Origin: an uncultured delta proteobacterium
GTDB taxonomy: Bacteria > Myxococcota_A > Polyangia > Polyangiales > Houyiibacteriaceae
NCBI GenBank assembly: GCA_963699755.1
Contig: CAVOVB010000008.1
Location: 147,638 to 211,637 of the forward strand
Direction: 5' to 3'
Length of the DNA: 64,000 bases
The notes beneath the pieces are model-generated. The model ran no database searches, had not been told where the DNA came from, and saw nothing but the letters and a program-made list of their open reading frames with translations. This document shows positions 59,516 to 64,000 of the stretch, piece by piece; position 1 is the first letter of the stretch, and every line of letters begins with the position of its first letter. The position numbers and the translations under genes were made by a program.

Positions 59516-59636
59516 GTGGCGATCGGGCTCCGAGCACGACGAATGTCATTTTTTTGCTGTAAAATCGACCGATTTAGCGGACCATCAGCCGTTCCCGTCG
59601 CCGCGAAGGAGAAGGCCCATCCACCCGCACAAGACA

Positions 59637-60059
59637 GTGTCGTTCGCGTTGCTCACAGGATGGTTGGTCCTCGGTGCTCTCCATACAAACGCCTACGCGT
59701 CAGACCTCCAGGCCACAGACGCTGCCATCCTCGGCTACTGGCAGCGCGGGGAGGGTGAAGCGATCATCGAAGTCCGGCGACATGCGGATGGATATCACGG
59801 CGTGATCGTCACCAGCGAGCGCCGGCCCGAGACCGTCGGCATCGAAGTGTTCCGCCAACTTCGCTACGACAAAGAGGCGAGTAGCTGGCACGGGCGGGCA
59901 TACTCGATCAAGCGCAAGCGTGAAGTCCCGATCGACATCGAAGTTCCGAGCTCGAATGAGCTCAAGCTGACGGCCCACATCATGATCTTCACCAAGCACG
60001 TCCGGTTCAAGCGCGTACCGGACGCCGAGGTGGTCGGCGTTCAGCTCGCGGAGCGTTGA
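59637..60059 (+). CDS. DUF2147-like secreted protein
   Basis: Signal peptide, ILGYW, YHGVIV, VGIEVF..L.Y and WHGRAY. Confidence 0.65.
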   Translation: MSFALLTGWLVLGALHTNAYASDLQATDAAILGYWQRGEGEAIIEVRRHADGYHGVIVTSERRPETVGIEVFRQLRYDKEASSWHGRAYSIKRKREVPIDIEVPSSNELKLTAHIMIFTKHVRFKRVPDAEVVGVQLAER

Positions 60060-60085
60060 CCGGGAGTCATCGAAAGGGAGGGACC

Positions 60086-60874
60086 ATGGTCACATCGCAA
60101 GCTTCGAGTGGCGGGGTGAAGGGAGAGCTGCCGCCGGCATCGCCGCACGGGTCTCTCGAGGAGCTGTTCGACGGCATTTGGTTCGTACGCGGCGGGGTTC
60201 GAATGCCCGTGCGCCTGCCGATGAGGATCGGGCGCTCGATGACGATAGTCCGAGGTGATGACGGACTCGTGATTCTCAACAGCATGCGCTTGAGCGATGA
60301 GGGACTGAAAGAGCTCGATGCGCTCGGCGAGGTGAAGCACGTCGTCCGCATTGGCGGCTTTCATGGGCGCGACGATGCGTTCTACCGAGAGCGCTATGGC
60401 GCCAAGGTCTCTGCCATCGAAGGGCAGCTTTACTTGCGAGGCCTGGAGGCGCCGAAAGGCGGCGCGAACCCGTTCATGGAGCCGGACGAATGGCTGAGCG
60501 AAGGAAGCACGCTTCCAATCGCCGACGCTTCGCTCAAAGTCTTCACGACGTCCAAGCCTCCCGAAGCGATCTGCAGGCTCGCGCGCGAGGGCGGCATCCT
60601 CATCACGGCCGACTCGCTGCAACAGACCCCCGCTCCGGACGAATACTACAGCTTTCTCGCGAAGATCATGATGAAGCGGATGGGGTTCATGAAGCCCTAC
60701 AACGTCGGCCCCGGTTGGCTCCAGTTCGCGCATCCCTCAGCCGCCGACGTGCGCTCGATCCTCGACCTCGATTTCGAGCACGTGCTTCCGGGGCACGGCG
60801 CCCCGGTCCTCGGCGGCGCCAAAGAAAAGTATCGACCCGCCATTGAGGGCGAGCTCAAGGGCTGCCACAGCTGA
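60086..60874 (+). CDS. DUF4336-like / metallo-beta-lactamase-fold hypothetical protein
   Basis: RBS GGGAGG. RSMTIVR, LDALGEVKHVVRIGGFHGRDD and FEHVLPGHG. Confidence 0.65.
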   Translation: MVTSQASSGGVKGELPPASPHGSLEELFDGIWFVRGGVRMPVRLPMRIGRSMTIVRGDDGLVILNSMRLSDEGLKELDALGEVKHVVRIGGFHGRDDAFYRERYGAKVSAIEGQLYLRGLEAPKGGANPFMEPDEWLSEGSTLPIADASLKVFTTSKPPEAICRLAREGGILITADSLQQTPAPDEYYSFLAKIMMKRMGFMKPYNVGPGWLQFAHPSAADVRSILDLDFEHVLPGHGAPVLGGAKEKYRPAIEGELKGCHS

Positions 60875-61304
60875 ATCGAGGTCGTCCCGACATCGGATGG
60901 CGGCCGGGAGCAACCGATGCGTTCGCTCATAGGTTCACTCGTTCCGGTTAGCAGGTGACGGAGGTGCCTCAGATGCCTGAAGGCATGCCGGACCGGACAC
61001 GAAGATGCCGACCACCCGAGAAGAAGCGAGAAGATGCGAGAGGGGTGAATGAAGAAGATGTGGGGGCAGCAACGCTAGAGTGGTCGGGAAACCCAACCGT
61101 GCTTCCACATCCAGAGCAGGAGGCGCTCTCGGAGGGCCATCGCGGCGGAGTGGCTTTTGAAACGAGCTCGGGGCATGTCGGGGTCTGCAAGCAAAAGGCA
61201 TGCCGGGCGCTTCCGTTCGAGATACGGCCCCGAAAAACCGCCTCTGTGAACCTGAGACACATTGGCTGTGGCAGCGCGGGCACAGTGTGCCCGAACGGTC
61301 AGCG

Positions 61305-62144
61305 TCACTCGTCGTAGAACATCGGCCCGGAACCTCTCTCCCGGAACCATTTCGTGATGATGGTCTTGTGCCCGCGCGTGACGGGCATTCCATGATGCAA
61401 GGTGTCCGGGTTCGGGGTGCCGTCGGGGTACAAGTTGTTCCAGATGACGGCTCGTCCCTTCTTCGGAAAGAAATCCCGGTCGATGTTGCAGAACTTCGTG
61501 GCACCGCCTTCCATGCCTTCATTGAGATAGACCATGAACGTCCAAGTGCGGTTGCCGGTACGGGCGGCGTGTTCCAGATACTCCGCCGTTCCTGGTTCGA
61601 AGTAGTCGGTGTGCGCCTTGAACTCCTGACCCAGGTCATAGCGTTGCGCCTGAATCCCTTCGGAGTACGCGATGCGGATCCCGAGCGTCCTCCCGATCTT
61701 CTCGTCCATGGCGGCGACCGTGGGATCATCGAGCAAGGACAAATCGCAGGTGCTGCTGGTGCGGAAATACCCATCCCCGTGGTCGAGTGTCACCGTCGAA
61801 GGGCGCAGGTTGCGGTTGATGATCTCTACCATCGCATCGCACTCTGCTTCGGACGCGAAGTCGTCCAGGACGTAGATTTGCGCCTGGTCGGTGTTCACTT
61901 TGCTCAATTGCGGATCGGCCGTTTGCTGTGTGAGGCGGGTTCCGGCGATGGCTCTGTAGTCAGGCCTGGCCGTGCTGAAGAATTCCAAGTCAGCCGCGAA
62001 CCTCTCGCCCATGCCTTCTTGGATTGAAGCCAGATGAAAGTCGTTCTCGAGCAGGATCGACACGAGCTCGGCCGGGTCGCACTGACGCTCGAGGTTCTCC
62101 TCGAGCCAAGTCTTCCAGGACTCATCGAGCTTGCGTCTTCCCAT
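61305..62144 (-). CDS. 2OG-Fe(II) oxygenase, prolyl 4-hydroxylase-like
   Basis: RTSST, AHTDYF (HxD), RTWTFMVYLN..GGAT.F and HHGMPV..G.KTIITKW. Confidence 0.9.
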   Translation of the reverse strand: MGRRKLDESWKTWLEENLERQCDPAELVSILLENDFHLASIQEGMGERFAADLEFFSTARPDYRAIAGTRLTQQTADPQLSKVNTDQAQIYVLDDFASEAECDAMVEIINRNLRPSTVTLDHGDGYFRTSSTCDLSLLDDPTVAAMDEKIGRTLGIRIAYSEGIQAQRYDLGQEFKAHTDYFEPGTAEYLEHAARTGNRTWTFMVYLNEGMEGGATKFCNIDRDFFPKKGRAVIWNNLYPDGTPNPDTLHHGMPVTRGHKTIITKWFRERGSGPMFYDE

Positions 62145-62257
62145 CGCAGCGGCCGCCCCAAACCGGCCTCTTTCCCCCTACCATCTCGAATACCAAATCC
62201 GTCTGAGCGGCGCACGCGCATCATGGCGAGCGGAGGCTGGGGTTGATCGCGCCACAT

Positions 62258-62294
62258 ACAGAAAGGCCCCGAGACCATTCGTGATCTCGGGGCC
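62258..62294 (-). terminator. Terminator hairpin after tRNA-Glu
   Basis: Minus strand reads GGCCCCGAGA-10 nt-TCTCGGGGCC followed by TTTCTGT. Confidence 0.75.
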
Positions 62295-62296
62295 GG

Positions 62297-62369
62297 CGTC
62301 CCCACGGAGGTTTGAACTCCGGTTACCGGCGTGAAAGGCCGGGGTCCTGGGCCACTAGACGATGGGGAC
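62297..62369 (-). tRNA. tRNA-Glu (TTC)
   Basis: GTCCCCA..TGGGGAC acceptor stem, anticodon arm CCGGC-CT-TTC-AC-GCCGG and T-arm CGGAG-TTCAAAC-CTCCG. CCA is not encoded. Confidence 0.95.
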
Positions 62370-62399
62370 AATAAGCAAGTGAGGCTTGCGCCTCTAGGG

Positions 62400-62472
62400 T
62401 GGGCCGTCAGGGGATCGAACCCTGGACCGTCGGATTAAAAGTCCGCTGCTCTACCAACTGAGCTAACAGCCC
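62400..62472 (-). tRNA. tRNA-Lys (TTT)
   Basis: GGGCTGTTAGCTCAGTTGGTAGAGCAGCGGACTTTTAATCCG..GGTTCGATCCC..ACGGCCCA. CCA is not encoded. Confidence 0.95.
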
Positions 62473-62527
62473 AAGTACCCGAAATCCCATTCGTATTTTC
62501 ATTGATTCCCCATCGCTCTCCGTGGCC

Positions 62528-62547
62528 CGTGTGCCAGTTCGTGTGCC
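62528..62547. repeat. 8-bp direct repeat CGTGTGCC x2 (12-bp period), putative integrase arm-type sites
   Basis: Copies at 62528-62535 and 62540-62547, between the integrase 3' end and tRNA-Lys. Confidence 0.5.
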
Positions 62548-63591
62548 GAATGGAGGAAATCGCTCGTTCATTACCTCGTGTGCGTCGTCGATCTGCGGGT
62601 GATGCACCGACTCGAGTCGTGCTCGTCGGTGCGGCCCGCCATATACGCCAAACCGCTCAAATGTCCACTCTTTCAGGCAACATCGCCGGACGAAGCGTGG
62701 CGAAAACCCCAGAGATCCAGGGACTTGAGGTCGTCCGGGTCAAGGCCAAGCGTCTTGGCTGCCGTGCGGAGGGTCTTCCGGTAGTCCCAGCGCGGAAAGA
62801 TCGGGCCGATGTCGACGCCTTGGGCCGCAAGCGATTCGTAGGCTCGGTCGGTCAGGGGTAGCTCGCGCTCGTAGGCGTTCTTGTCGATGTCCTTCGTGAC
62901 TTGCAGCGTCTTACGGTCCCTGCGGAAATGGCGGCCAGCCTCGAGACGGAAGATTCCATCGTGGCGTAGCCCGGTGTCCCAGGCGACCGTGAATACATCG
63001 CGGATTGGATGCCCCTTGCGCGTGCGGCTGGGAAGCGCACGAAGCAGCGCTTCAACCTGCGCGTCCGTCAACCCAACCCGCCGTGTGTCGATCGCCGGCG
63101 TTCCCTCTCGCTCTCTTCTTCGGAAGAGGAATGAACACCGGCTGGTCGATCAGTTCCTCATCGAACGCCCACCGCATGCACTCGCGAAGCGGGACTAGGT
63201 CACGCCTAACGGTGGACGCGGTGACCGATTGCAGTCGCTCCTTGATGAAGTCGCGGACCGCCTTCGGAGTCACGTCGGACACGAACACGAAGCGCTCGGC
63301 CAAGACGACCGTGCGCTTTGCTTGCGTCGTCCAGTACCGCTCCGACACGGTCCCGTCGATGTCATCGAGCCACTGGTCAAAGAGCTCGGCGATGTTCGGA
63401 TTTCCCCTTAGCTTCCGTGTCCCGCGGGCGACTTCCTCTCGGTAGATGCGGTTCGCTTCGATTTTCGCCTCAGCCTTGTCAGTGCATCCTGTCGATCGCC
63501 GGTACTTGCGACCGGCGATCCGAAACTGCGCGATGAGCTTATTCGTCCGCGGGTCTCGCTGAAGGGTTGGACCCTCTGCTTTTCGAGCCAT
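62530..63591 (-). pseudogene. Tyrosine recombinase/integrase pseudogene
   Basis: Arm-binding N-terminus (RRSTG..K.EA), STVRRDL..LR, then a frameshift at about 63105. It continues with DTGLR and GFRHA to a premature TGA at 62673-62675, then LAYMAGR where LGH is expected. Confidence 0.8.
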
Positions 63592-63749
63592 CGATCGAGT
63601 TCCTCCTTTCTAAAAAAGATGCGGTTGCCAATCGTGACCGCGGGCACGTGGGGTCGCACATGCCGGTCGAATCCTCGCGGGCTCACTCGCAGATACTCCA
63701 TCGCCTCAGCCCGCGTGACAAGAGGAGAGCGGCGCGCGGGCTCACTCAT
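63408..63749 (-). CDS. Excisionase-like helix-turn-helix protein
   Basis: LVTRAEAMEYLRVS..IGNRIFFRKEELDRWL. Overlaps the integrase start. Confidence 0.78.
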   Translation of the reverse strand: MSEPARRSPLVTRAEAMEYLRVSPRGFDRHVRPHVPAVTIGNRIFFRKEELDRWLEKQRVQPFSETRGRISSSRSFGSPVASTGDRQDALTRLRRKSKRTASTERKSPAGHGS

Positions 63750-63894
63750 GTTCGAACCTGTGTCCTATGCGTCGAAACACTGCGTGTTCGAGGCAGCGCG
63801 GATCACTGATGATTCTTCCGACGGTGTCTCCCGTTAACTGAACCGCGCGTTGGTCGACTGACGCGCGCTCTGCTCTTGAACCACGACTGTTCAC
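63742..63894 (-). CDS. Putative 50-aa ORF upstream of xis
   Basis: AAGGAG then GTG at 63894. MNSRGSRAERASVDQRAVQLTGDTVGRIISDPRCLEHAVFRRIGHRFEHE. The stop overlaps the xis start region. Confidence 0.3.
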   Translation of the reverse strand: MNSRGSRAERASVDQRAVQLTGDTVGRIISDPRCLEHAVFRRIGHRFEHE

Positions 63895-64000
63895 CGATAT
63901 CTCCTTCCCGACATCCTGTTATCGGTTTTGCTCCCCGAAAAGTTGCGCGGCTGAGGCACCAGCGTTCTCAAGGCGGCGAAACCGCTGAGGAATGCGAGAA

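Larger units (their letters stand above)
62473..64000 (-). mobile_element. Edge of a decayed integrative element/prophage remnant (xis-int) abutting tRNA-Lys
   Basis: An excisionase-like HTH gene and a broken tyrosine recombinase lie next to a tRNA. The other boundary is outside the window. Confidence 0.7.

Noticed and set aside
62407..62607. 66-aa ORF overlapping tRNA-Lys as an independent gene
   Set aside because: It is better explained as the out-of-frame tail of the integrase running into the tRNA.
63100..63125. Programmed frameshift producing an active integrase
   Set aside because: No canonical slippery heptamer is present, and the downstream catalytic region is independently broken.

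Overview
A gene-dense, high-GC bacterial chromosomal window with about 55 protein-coding genes. The style of the genes suggests a Myxococcota/Polyangiales-like organism, but this is inference only. Recognisable housekeeping and catabolic genes are a methylmalonyl-CoA mutase operon (mutA-scpA-meaB), rnd, ugd, ppk2, an acyl-CoA dehydrogenase, a crotonase, an amidase and an amidohydrolase. Cell-envelope genes are unusually abundant: two MepA-like murein endopeptidases, an NlpC/P60 lipoprotein missed by the ORF track, an orphan Wzc-like protein whose kinase domain looks dead and is split by a long Pro-rich insert, three predicted outer-membrane barrels, two sulfatases and two sulfotransferases. 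There are also two parallel modules, each combining GT-C, GT2, a flippase-like protein and a SAM methyltransferase. Two clear pseudogenes lie at about 47.8-48.4 kb and 51.2-52.0 kb, and a perfect CRP-type box lies at 59.5 kb. At the right end are tRNA-Glu and tRNA-Lys, with a decayed xis-int element abutting the 5' end of tRNA-Lys. No CRISPR array, rRNA or IS was seen. Family names come from motif recognition by eye; no database searches were run. The best candidates for something undescribed are the twin methyltransferase-linked GT-C modules, the split Wzc pseudokinase and the apparent 5'-tRNA integration.
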